Shown in pieces: positions 39,286 to 50,290 of a stretch of DNA of 52,223 nucleotides (position 1 is its first letter; each line of letters starts with the position of its first letter). Under the pieces are notes generated by a model. That model did no database searches. It saw only the letters and a program-made list of their open reading frames with translations, and had not been told where the DNA came from. The translations under genes were made by a program, and so were the position numbers. Source of the DNA: Chiloscyllium plagiosum (taxonomy: Eukaryota); contig NC_057719.1 of the NCBI RefSeq assembly GCF_004010195.1, positions 37,988,200 to 38,040,422 of the forward strand, given 5' to 3'.

Positions 39286-39444
39286 ATGGTGGAATAGCTG
39301 GCAATGTTTGCAAACTGTGAAATGTGAGTCTGAGGCTTGCATTAATGCAAAGTGTATGAGGGTGATGCAAAGCATGTGAACATTTGGTATGTGAATGATG
39401 GCACTGTGATGATTTCAATAGTGGGCTAGTGGTGTAATGTTGTG

Positions 39445-39489
39445 AAAGTAGTCGCCATAGTCCCAGGGAACTGTAGGCTGCTCACTCAT

Positions 39490-39523
<34 letters not shown>

Positions 39524-39627
39524 TGGTGAATGGTTTAACCGTAAGGTCACTATGCCTCAGGCGAGGGGTCAGGTTGAGAAGGCTGGACCTTCACAGTAAC
39601 CTCAGCTGGTCTGGGAATTAAACCCAC
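39445..39627. repeat. Short interspersed repeat (SINE-like), related to 3955-4085
   Basis: tttaacc..ggtcactatgcctcaggcgagggg..ggttgagaagg shared with tttaacctggggtccactatgtctcagatgaggggaggttgagg. Confidence 0.55.
39491..39520. repeat. (AG)15 microsatellite
   Basis: Perfect dinucleotide run. Confidence 0.97.
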
Positions 39628-39680
39628 AATATTAGCATCTGTAGCATGTGATATTGGAAGAAGCATTCACTAACCCTTAC

Positions 39681-39837
39681 CACTTGTCTGATTTAATTGA
39701 TTCACTCGTAGCTTTGTATCTTAATCCTTGGGGCCAGGCTCTGGCTTTGATAGCTATGACTATCTGATCCCTGTACTTTTCGGGTGCATCTGGAGGGTTA
39801 ACTTTCCATTGTTCCACCTCCTCCACTGATGTAACAT
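39681..39837 (-). CDS. Candidate internal coding exon of an unidentified host gene (157 nt, phase 1-2)
   Basis: Acceptor caatgttttcag|, donor TG|gtaagg. Open frame VTSVEEVEQWKVNPPDAPEKYRDQIVIAIKARAWPQGLRYKATSESIKSDK. Confidence 0.6.
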
Positions 39838-40259
39838 CTGAAAACATTGAAGCCCACTGACTGTCACGTTGCATTATTCTTCAGTCTTTTCTATATTAAA
39901 TTATGCCAGCACAAGACTTCCAGGACTTCTACTTGCTGCAATGCTAGCTTTTAACAGCTTTGGTTAGCTTTAACTGTGCTAGCCACTCACAATATTGTTG
40001 CCTTGCTCAGATGTTCAACAAATCGACAATGTAGTTAGCAATGACTGGAAGCAGAAATCAATTAAATCATTGCACATCATCTATTGCTCATCCTTTAGGC
40101 ACTGAGTCAATTGAATTGCATGGGTCACTTTTTACACTAATGGTTGAAGGGATGTACTTGAACAAGTTACTAGAGGACAGCTGGAGAACATGCCTTAGCA
40201 TTAGTTGTTGTTCCGTCTGTAATTTCTTGGTCTAAGCTTGATAATGCATAAACCTCGCT

Positions 40260-40432
40260 GCTTCTTACTGTCTAAGGTGCTCCTTAAAATGTACCAGTTT
40301 GGCAATGCTTTTGGCCATTTGACCTAATATGCCCTTTTCTGATTCAGTATCATACTTTGTTTTGTGAAGTATATGCTGTACTCTGGGATGCTTATTAAAG
40401 GTACAAGGTACTGTATAAATTCTTGTTGTTAG
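40260..40432 (+). mobile_element. L2-like 3' tail
   Basis: aaggtgctccttaaaa..gcttttggccat..ttaaaggt..tataaattcttgttgtt. Similar in reverse to 48460-48590. Confidence 0.5.
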
Positions 40433-40708
40433 TTCAGCACCAGTAGGGACAAATTGGTAAAAGTGAAGCAAAAGTTCCTGACAAACAAAATAGCTGGCAG
40501 GTCTTGCAATCTGAGAGGAGTTGCAAGCTGTTCTGTTTTAGTAGACATTCTAAACTGACTTGTTTCTACCTGTCAACTAGAGGAAGTTTAACAGGGAGAA
40601 AGAGGCACAAAATAAGACAGTAGCAGTTGAATCTCAGGTACAATTAAAGTGGCACAATTAGCTTTTTTAACTGAACTCAAACTGCGTCTTATTTTTGGTA
40701 TTTTTACT

Positions 40709-40722
40709 GTTGCTATGGCAAC
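40709..40722. promoter_or_regulatory. RFX X-box consensus site
   Basis: GTTGCTATGGCAAC matches the RFX consensus GTNRCC/YATRGNAAC. Lies in non-repetitive sequence with several retained CpGs. Confidence 0.5.
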
Positions 40723-41760
40723 ATATAATCGTTCATAGCGTGTCGGCTGTGAAGATTTTCTTTGACTCTTTCTGGAATTTTAGTTCTAGCTGAAAGAGAA
40801 AGAAAAAGCTGATCTTGCTGCTCATTCCTTTCGCAATCATCATTGACCGTATCTATAATATCACCTGGCATTTGAGGTCATTTTATATATTTGTATTTTG
40901 TGGCCTTTGCTACTAAGCTGCAAACAAATTATTCACATATTCTATATTGCAAATTGATTTTCATTCTTGCAAAGAAACCTACAATTTAAAATAGTTAGTC
41001 TCTTGAAATTCCAATTCCAAAGGACATTGGTTCCCATGAATCTTATTTCAATAACTATGGACAGTTTATGGAACTGGGCTGTTATTTTCCTGGTGCTCTG
41101 ACTTTACATTTAGTAAGTTACAGAACTTGCACTATTTAATTAATCTCAAGAGTCTTTTAAATAAACTTTGTCCATTAACAATAGCTTGTGTTACAATCAA
41201 ACCCCAGCAAGGGTCCTCAATATATTACTATTCAAGACAGGATACCCCAATGTTTTAAGCCCCTGGTGAGGAGGGATGAGTTGGATCCCCTTGGATATTC
41301 ACCGTTCTCTCTCTTGGATTTGATTTGATTTATATATTATCAAATTTACCTCAGTAAGTGAAAAGTTTTGTTTACAAGCGGTACAGGCAGATCAAAGTAA
41401 GCGAGCACACACATATCATAGGGTGAAAATAAAGAACTTAGAGGTTACATAGCACAGGGTGGCACAGGGTTTGCGCTAGATCAACGTTAGCAAGATCAGC
41501 ATTGTTTGAAGTTAGACTCCTTTCAACAGTCTAATAGCAGCCGAGAAGAAGCTGTCCCTGAACCTTCTGTATCTTCTGCCTGATGGAAGAGATTGTAGGA
41601 GATCATTACTGGGGTGGGAAGGGTCTTTGATGATGCTGGCAGCCTTTCTGCGGCAGTGAGCCATGTAAACGGAATCCATGGAAGGGAAGTTGGCTTCCGT
41701 AATGGTCTGGGCTGTGCACTGTAGTTTCTTACTGTTCTGGGTAGAGCAGTTGCTGTACTC

Positions 41761-42276
41761 GAGTCAAGAATGAGGTGCTGGTAAAGCACAGCAGGCCAGG
41801 CAACATCCGAGGAGCAGGAGAATAGCCCTTCATCAGGAATGAAGCTGGGAGCCTTGGGGGTGGAGACATAAATGGGAGGAGGGTGGGGCTCTCCAACCAC
41901 ACAGCATCAACGTGGATTTCACCAATTTCCTCATTTCCCCTGCCCCCACCTTATCCCAGTTCCAATCTTCCAACTCGGCACCACACTCATGACCTGTCCC
42001 ACCTGTCCATCTTCCTTCCCCCCATCCGCTCCGGCCTATCACCATTGGACACCCCCCTCCATCTACCTATTGTACTCTCAGCTACCTTCCCCCCCCCCCC
42101 CCAAGCCTTACCCCTCTTCATTTATCTCTCCAGCCCCTTGGCTCACAGTCTCATTCCTGATGAAGGGTTTGTGTCTGAAACATTGATTCTCCTGCTTCTC
42201 AGATGCTTCCTGACCTGCTTTTCCAGCACCACATTCTTGACTGTAATCTCTAGCATCTGCAGTCCTCACTTTCGCC
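41761..42276 (+). mobile_element. PLE 3' end with 5' inverted pLTR segment and degenerate 13-bp TSD
   Basis: 41761-41890 inverted, 41891-42276 forward (family of 1-1940). TSD cagttgctgtact at 41747-41759 and cagttgttttact at 42277-42289. Confidence 0.88.
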
Positions 42277-42651
42277 CAGTTGTTTTACTAGCCCATAATG
42301 CACCCAGACAGCATGTTTTCTGTGATACACCTGTAAAAGTTGATGAGGGTCCTTATGAACATGACAAATTTTCTGAGCCACCTGAGGAAGAAGAGGTTGT
42401 TGTGCCTTCTTGACTGTTGCATCTATGTGGGAAGTGCAGGACAAGTTGTCTGTTATCGTCACTCCTCGGAACTTGTTGCTCTCAACCTCAGCTCCGTTGA
42501 TGTAGATGGGGCTGTGTTCTCCTTTCTTTCTGAAGCCAATGATCAATTCTTTAGTTTTGCCGACGTTGAGAGAGAGTTTATTCTCATTGCACCATGTCAT
42601 CAAGCCCTCTATCTCCCTTCTGTATTCTGACTCATCATTGTTAGATATCCG

Positions 42652-42750
42652 AGTTTAGATCAGAGTGGTGCTGGAAAAGCACAGCAGGTCAGGCAGCATC
42701 CGAAGAGCAGGAAAATTGACGTTTCAGGCAAACGCCCTTCATCAGGAATG
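42652..42750 (-). mobile_element. Solo PLE pLTR with hammerhead and 15-bp TSD
   Basis: Minus strand cattc-CTGATGA-A-GGGCGTTTGCCT-GAAA-CGTC. TSD attgttagatatccg at 42637-42651 and 42758-42772. Confidence 0.9.
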
Positions 42751-43414
42751 TTGTTAGATTGTTAGATATCCGTCATACCATGGTGATGTTGCCAACAAAC
42801 TTGTAGATGGCATTCGTTCAGAGTTTGGCAAAATGGTCGTGGGTGTACAGGGAGTATTGTAGGGAGCTGAGAACACATCCTTGGGAGAGCTTCAGTGTTG
42901 AGGTTTACCGTAGAGCAGGTGCAGTTGTCTATCTTTGCTGACGGCGGTCTGTGGGTCATAAAGCTGAGGATCCAGTTGCAGAGGGCGGAGCAGAGATCCA
43001 GGTGTCTCTGCAGCTCTTCTTACCTAGTTCAATTTGTACCTGTAATCCATTGGCCACCTCTTTTAAAATTTTGGGTTTCCTGGCTTTCAGGCAGAATTCT
43101 AATCCCAAGTGCTTTGTCTAAACAAATTGAGGGACAGAACTTTTAAAAACCCCAAATGCAACTTTCTCTAGTATTGTTAGGAATGTGCTGGCATCAAATG
43201 CAGACATCCCTATACTGTAGCAGTGCAAGCCCAAGAAAGCCATTTGCAATTTTTACTTTTAGAAAAAGGGTTTGTATCATAGTAATGGCCTGTATGTTGT
43301 TATGACCAGGCCCCAGGCAAGATTCCCCAATTTATTAGGGTTTCTGATGGGATACTCCAAATCATGAAGTTCCCAGGTTAGGAGAGATGAACTGGCTTCC
43401 CTTGGTTATTACTC

Positions 43415-43700
43415 ACAGAATCACAGGAATGTCATGGTGCAGAAGGAGGCCATTCAGCCCATCACGCCTGCACCTATTCTATTATCTAGTGCCAATTTCC
43501 TGCCTTTTACCCATATGCCTGCACACCATTTCTATCCAAATAACCACTTCAATGCCCTCTTGAATGCCTCAACTAAACTGTCTCCACTGTATTCCGAGGC
43601 AGTGCATTCCGTACCCTAACTACTGCTTGTGTGGAAAAGATTCTTCTCACTCCTACCCAGTTGGTCACAATAAGGTTCATTTGAAAAGTGTCCCTCCTTT
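43415..43700 (-). mobile_element. Old CR1 3' end
   Basis: cacagaatcacaggaatgtcatggtgcagaaggaggccattcagcccatc, similar to 29305-29360. Confidence 0.65.
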
Positions 43701-44699
43701 TGTGGTTACCTTTCTCCTAGACCTAAATGAACTTAAGCTCTTTATAAAATGTAAGCATGTAAACAGCTTTTCCTGACTTAACAAAAAAAAGTGAATTTAT
43801 AATTTGCTAAACATAAAAGTACACATATCAATTGTAGAAAAAGGCGAGGTGTTCAAAAAGATAAAGTACAGACCAGTCTGAATTGTTTGTTAAGAACAGA
43901 TAGGATGAAGTTGCAGCTGTAATTGGATGGCACTGGTAACACTGACATTAGCAATTGAGCAGTCAGTTTCAAAATTCTTGCATGACCACATGGGCACAGG
44001 CCACATTCTCTGTGCACAGCAATACTGAGGCACAGGCTGTATCTCGGAATTATTCTATGCTGTATATATTAGTTCAGATGTAAATAAACCCACTAGAGAT
44101 CTTCGAATAAACAGAATCCATGTACCTCATTTGTGCTACATTTACATAACACAAGAATATTATTGCATGGTTTGCAGTTGGGATTTCTTCGCGCTTTTAA
44201 AAAAAGAACAAAGAACAAACCAGCCCGACAAGCTTGAAGACCAAGGGGGCAGCTGCAAACAAAAGCTCTCACAGTGTAGAAAACAGAAGGAAGTAAGATT
44301 TTTGTTCAGAAACTGGGAGTACCAGTTTGTTGGCTAGGTTTGTGTAGGCAGCCAGCGAGTTCAAGCAGATCGATTGAAAAGCTATTTTAAATTTGAATGA
44401 CTATTCGAGTCAGCTTGGAGCTGAAGTAATTCAAATTACCCAAAAGAAAAGTCAGGCTGCAGTCAAAAACAGTGCAGAGCCAATAGAAAAAGTCCTGAAA
44501 CAAGTTTCAAGCCAAAAATATAGAAAGGAACACTAAGTTCAGTGCAGAAAATATATAAAGAATGCAGAAAGTAAAATATCAATTGAAAACACAAAATACA
44601 AACATAGCTTTTGGTCTCTTGCCATGAATGGAAATAACTTCATCTAAGTCACTAATTGTCTCTCCAAATTTCTACTTATCAGAAAGGTAAAGATGAACT

Positions 44700-45420
44700 T
44701 TAAGCATAGCCATGGTGGACACATTGAGTGCAATATTCAGTTTGTTTGGTGCATCTGCAGAGGTCATTACTGTCAATGGGCTGAAGTATATGGGCAAAGC
44801 TTTTAGGGAGGTGTGCCAAATGGGGCATGAACTATGTGATCCCTCACTATGTTACCCTAACTCAAATGGTCTTGCTCAGTAAATGGTTCACACTATTAAA
44901 TCACTCATTCAGAAGTGTGGGACAACGAAACAAGATTTTCATTTAACCATGTTACATCTCAGAGCTATACTCTGGGCTAAGGGTTACCATCGCCAGCAAG
45001 TGAGATCGATCTTACCAAGCCACTACCTATGCAAATTCTCCGAAAGGCAGGATGGCAGTTCTTGACACACAAAGGAGAATTAAACTTGTGACTGACCAAC
45101 ATGTGGGTGTGGAACTACCTTAACCTCAAGAGTAGGACAGAGTCACACATACTCCACAATAAAAACCTCTGCAGACAACTCAGAGTGCACAGCAATCCGG
45201 GTCTTATGAAGCCATGGAATAATGCTGAAGAGGAGCCAAACGATAGACAAGGCAAGTATATAATATATCAAATATGCACACGGAGCTAACAATGGTGTGC
45301 TGGAACACTAACACAACAATAGACACATCTACAGACCAAGAAAATCCAAGGACAAAATCAACCAGAACGCTATAACAAGATCTGGACAATTGTTAATCCT
45401 CCAAAATGATATATGGATTC
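44700..45420 (+). mobile_element. Gypsy-type LTR retrotransposon integrase relic
   Basis: AIFSLFGASAEVITVNG (ISDNG-like), YPNSNGLAQ*MVHTIKSLI (PQSNGLAERMV..IK-like) and terminal TRSG motif. Confidence 0.75.
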
Positions 45421-45482
45421 TGTAGTTGTAAATTTTACAATCCCTGTGTCTATAACTTATTTTGTCATTCCACAATCTTTAC

Positions 45483-45595
45483 ATGGTTTTATCTGCATCA
45501 TGAGAGAGCTATCTTTGGAAAAAAGGTGAAATGTTGTGTAATCATCTTTGGAGTGATGTCCCTTTAAGAGACTGGCATATAAATAAGCCAAGTAC
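45483..45595 (-). CDS. Candidate coding exon (113 nt, phase 2-1)
   Basis: Acceptor caactttcag|, weak donor AT|gtaaag. Frame YLAYLYASLLKGHHSKDDYTTFHLFSKDSSLMMQIKP is phase-compatible with both neighbours. Confidence 0.35.
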
Positions 45596-45702
45596 CTGAA
45601 AGTTGTGAGATGACCGCAGGTTCTCTGCTCTACAATCTCAAGGAACATGCTATGTCTGGAGTTCATGCTGTACTAACTTAGTTTAACTCTAAATAAGCCC
45701 AC

Positions 45703-45781
45703 CAGAGATCCTCAGATATACAGAATCCACATTCTTCGTTTATGTAACTTAGATAAGACAAGAATGTTATCATACTATGAT
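45703..45781 (-). CDS. Candidate coding exon (79 nt, phase 1-2)
   Basis: Strong acceptor ttttctgtttttcttttag|, weak donor TG|gtgggc. Frame HSMITFLSYLSYINEECGFCISEDL. Confidence 0.35.
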
Positions 45782-47459
45782 CTAAAAGAAAAACAGAAAA
45801 TGTTGGAAACTTGGAATAGAATATCAATACAGACCTGCTCAGTATTTCCAGCAGTAGTTGAATAGCTTTAACTAGCTCTCGGCAGTGACTTGCTTCCTGT
45901 TCAGGCACTTACTATTAAGAGAGGTTGTTAATTGACGTGTCAGAAACCAAAATGCAATATGACTTCTTTAATAAGTTTTCATGGGTAATTTAGCTGTTAT
46001 TCAGAGCATTAACAAACTTCCTACACATACTTCAACTTTACTATGATGATGTCTTCTGCTAAGGATGACTTAAACCAGCTGAAAAGTCACTGCTTTGGAA
46101 ACTACCTCAGAAGCTCCTTAGTAATTGGAATATTCAAAAAGCATCACCCACTTGGCTCTAAAATTCATCCAAGGAAGTTGAACAGTTAGCACATGACATG
46201 ATCTCATGATGATTCTTAGGACCAAACTGATAGTTTATGAGTCTTGTACAGATAGAAGAAAATGGCAACGCTTTCTATAGGTTGGTGTGCACCACTGCTA
46301 TGATCAGCTTAGCAACAGGTACCAATGCAAACAATGACACTTCGGAGCTTCTTGTGCAGCATTTCTGGCAGAACTTGCATCTCAAGCATTAGACTCTTCA
46401 GCATTAATAATAAAGCATCATATGGATAATTTAAAATGGTGTGGTCATCACCGCTGGATCAAAGGATGTTGACAACCTTCGTTGTTGAACTCCAAGGTCC
46501 CAAATGCTTTGCTTACCACCCTCTCAATGATTTCTGCCATTTTCAAAGAGCTATGCACATAAACTACTAGGTCCATTGTGCAAGGATAAATCAATAGAAC
46601 TGTGCCATTATCAAAGTATAGCCTCTCCCCATTTCTTTGCCAAAATACATCACTTCACATTTTTCATAATTAAATTCCACTTGGCATTTGTCCATTCTGT
46701 GAACCAATCTATGTCCTGTTGCAGTTGATTTGTAACACCCTCCATGTTTACCATTTAAAGAAAAATATCAATGAAATATTACTCCGAATTCCAGGCAAAT
46801 TCATTTAAGCACTAACCCTTGGGAAACATGCTATTCCCCATCTCCAGTCTGAAAAACAACCAGTTGGAGCAACTTGCTGATTTCTGTCCTAAAGCCATTT
46901 TTAAAATTCAAGCTGACACTAACTCTCCAATGTTATAAGTATCAATTATGTTAACCAGCCTTTTATCTGTTGCTCTGTCAACTGCTTCCTTAAAAAAAAC
47001 TGGTTACTCTTCTGGTTTTAGCTTTCAGGAGTGATGTTTAATGTGTGGCCAATTCAATAATTCAACTTGCAGCTTCTCTGACGTGCTATGGTAATTAGAC
47101 GCACAGGAACTCAAAGAGGAAATGGTGGAGAGTTTTAAATTGTGTTAGGAAATTCTGGGGTAGAATAGCTAACCAGAAACACATGTTGCCCTATATTAGT
47201 GCCTTTCTGAGGCAATTATGTAAATAAAATGAATACAGAGAAAAGACTCCCCCCAGGAATTGTGCATCAAAAAAATAGCTGTCTGAGCCGAAGTACAAGA
47301 CAATTGTTGTGAATTATGTTCATCGGGTAATGTAAGGATAAATTGGATGGAATCTTGATTTCCTCTGTTGATCCATTTAAGGAGCTGGCTTGCATCACCA
47401 TTCTTGCCAATGAACTTCAGTTTTGCCACACCGGTTAGACTTGTTACTAAAACTAACAT

Positions 47460-47700
47460 TAGTCATAGTGCACTAGCAATCAAATAAATAATTGGCTGAA
47501 TTAAGAATTTGTTGCTGAAAAAGATACATTTTGACAAAGCTGTCTGTCTTGCATTCATCAGGACAATTCACAATAAGCACCAAAGTATAATGAGAACAAC
47601 ATTTATACTGTTTGTGAGGAGAGTGGTGACTGGTGATAAGTGGACGCTGATTGGTACAGGCGTTGCTATGAGGAACACACCTGCTAATGTTCACTGGTAA
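47460..47700 (-). mobile_element. Old PLE pLTR (family of 12990-14490) with eroded hammerhead
   Basis: Minus strand gtc-CTGATGA-atgcaagac-agac-agctt. Similar to 49800-49960 and 13000-13140. Confidence 0.55.
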
Positions 47701-48459
47701 TGATGCCTGCTGCAGTTAAATACCTGCATCTGTTAATTTTCACTGGTTATGATGCCTGCAGAGGTTGAATACCTTGCTTACACCCAGTGTCAAGAAACAC
47801 TAAGAACAATGATCATTTATGTGAGCTTTTGGAATGCAAATTAATACCACTGAAAGATTAATATTTTCAGAACATAAAATGACAATGTTTCCATTATTGC
47901 AAGGTAATGAAGTTGTCATCCTGTACTAGGTTTAAGTCCAACTTATACCATACTGACACATCAGTACCAATATAGTAGTTAAACCAAAGTAGTTAAGCAA
48001 AGCACTCAACCAAAAAGCCCTGGTAGTGATGTTTCTTCAGTCAATGACATTTATAATTAAAACTAAATTATTGTTATTTATCCAGATGTTGCAGTATTTA
48101 TTCCATCTTTCTTAAACCAGCTGAGTCAAAACCAATACCACTATTTCAGCAAAATCAAATACGATACTACAAATAGTCAGCTGAAAGAAAAGCAGTTTAT
48201 TAAGTGCAAGGAAACAAATTATTATTCAATACATATCAAAGGCAAATGCCAAGCCACAGATTTCTAAATTATTAAATACTGGAACAGATTTCAAAAATGC
48301 ACAACAATAGCCTACTTCATCAGGTTTTCCTCTTCATACAATTCATAGCCAAAAAGTACCAAAACAACAATCAGTTAATATGCAAAACAGTGCCAGTCAT
48401 TTCTTTTGGTCGTAGCACTTTTCACACCATCTCCCAAAGCATTTTATAACTAATTAACA

Positions 48460-49190
48460 ACAATTGTAACTTGTACTTATATAGCACCTTTATTATGCAG
48501 TGAAATGTCCAAAGTGCTTCACACGTGTGAGAAACAAAATTGACACTGAACCATATAAAGAGTTATGTTTTAAGGAACATCATAAGGAAGAAAGACAATA
48601 CAGTGGCTACAAGGTGTAAATTCCAGAGCTAAAGGTCATCACAACTGAAGGCATAGCCTCCAAGTGTAGCAATTAAAGCAGGATGCACAAAAGGCTAAAA
48701 TTAGAGGAGGTAGACATTCTGGATGGTTATAATGCTGGAGGGGATTACAGAGATCAGAAGGGACTGGGTCATGGAGAAACTTGTCAACAAGAATGAGAAT
48801 GTTAAAACTAAGCAGTCAGTTAACTAGCAGCCAGTTTAGATCAGCAAACACAACAATAATAGGTGAATGGAATTTTCTGAGTTAAGATACAGATGGATGA
48901 ACGAACGATTATGGAGGATTAAGAATGGAGTTCAACCAAGAGTGAGTTGAACATAATGCTTTGCTGACAGTTTCAACAATGAATAAGCTGAAGTATGGCA
49001 CAACATTTGCAATTTAAAAGAGGTAGAAACAGGAAGACTTAGTGTTGATGGGGCTATGTGATTGGAAGCTTATCTTCAGATCAAACATGACACCAAAGTT
49101 GTCAAGAGAATGGTTCAACTTTAACAGTTTCCAGGGAGAGAGATGGAGTTAGTTGGTGTGCCAGCAAAGGACCTTGTTGCAGGGGCTGAA
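48460..49190 (-). mobile_element. Old L2-like LINE 3' portion
   Basis: acaacaattgtaacttgtacttatatagcaccttta tail, followed by degenerate LINE-like sequence. Confidence 0.5.
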
Positions 49191-49789
49191 AGCAGTGCCT
49201 GAAACATTAACTCTGCTTTTCTTATCGCAAATGCTACCAGGCCTGCTGAATATGTCTGGTATTCTAAATGATGATTTCTAATACCAGCCAGAAATCCTTA
49301 AATTTCTGGTACAGACAGAGTCTTACACCCATTTCCAGCCTGAGGTCTTGCTGGGGAGCAGATACCATGGGTGACCCCAAATTTTATGAATAGCTCAGGC
49401 TGGACAGGACTAAGAGTGGAAAACAGGAAAGCAAAACAGAGCAAAGATATGGACTGAAAGGCAGAGAGTAGCCAACAAAATATGTGACATTATGTGCTCA
49501 ATTGTAGGCATATAACTTGTATGAATCTCACAAAATGTGCAAAGGTTTTAATGAACTATTTTATTCATTGCCAATGGATGAAAGACTGAACTGATTGGAG
49601 TAATGAAAGCAATATTCAATAGCTGAAAATGGATGGCATTCAGAATTAAAACTGAATCCTTAATTACACATTATACATCTTATAAATTGCAATTCTTGGC
49701 AACACAGACTACTTCTTTTACTCATTTGGTAGTACAGAACTTGAATATTGCTGAAAAGAGTCACATTTTGCTAAAGCTTTTTCAGTCCA

Positions 49790-50290
49790 CATCTGTTTTG
49801 ATTATTAAAGCTTTTTGTCCTGAATTCATCGGGACCATTCACAATAAATAGTAAAGTAAAAATGAAAACAAAACATTGATGTTGTATGAGAGGAGAGTGC
49901 ACATTGTTGGGCAAATAGACTTTGACTGACAGAGGATTGCCTTGGAGAATGCAGCAGTTAATGATGATTGACAGTTAGGTGTCAAGCTTTGTTTAAATTT
50001 TAAACTAAGGCAGGTTGACTCTGATTGGTCAAGGCAGTGTCTTGCTGAATGAACCAGCTGTCATTTACTTTGTTGTATTGTAACAGTCACAGTGTTTATA
50101 CATGTGCTTTCTGTATATGTTATGAACAAATAGGGCCCTGGGCATTAACACATAGCTCCCAATACATACAAGTGCACCATACCATGAGTCTGATTGACAA
50201 TTCTAAATTGGCTGTCAAAATAATTTCTTGTGTATTCAAGCTAATTTAGCAAATGTTTTCTAAGTTCAGAATTATATCCCATGTTGTACA
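49790..50290 (-). mobile_element. Old PLE 3' end (family of 12990-14490)
   Basis: Colinear similarity with 13000-13140 joined to 13570-13850. Confidence 0.6.

Larger units (their letters stand above)
41320..43005 (-). mobile_element. Rex1/Babar-like non-LTR retrotransposon 3' half, interrupted by two PLE inserts
   Basis: WCNENKLSLNVGKTKELIIGFRKK and GVTITDNLSCTSHIDATVKKAQQ, typical of this clade's RT C-terminal region. Confidence 0.75.
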
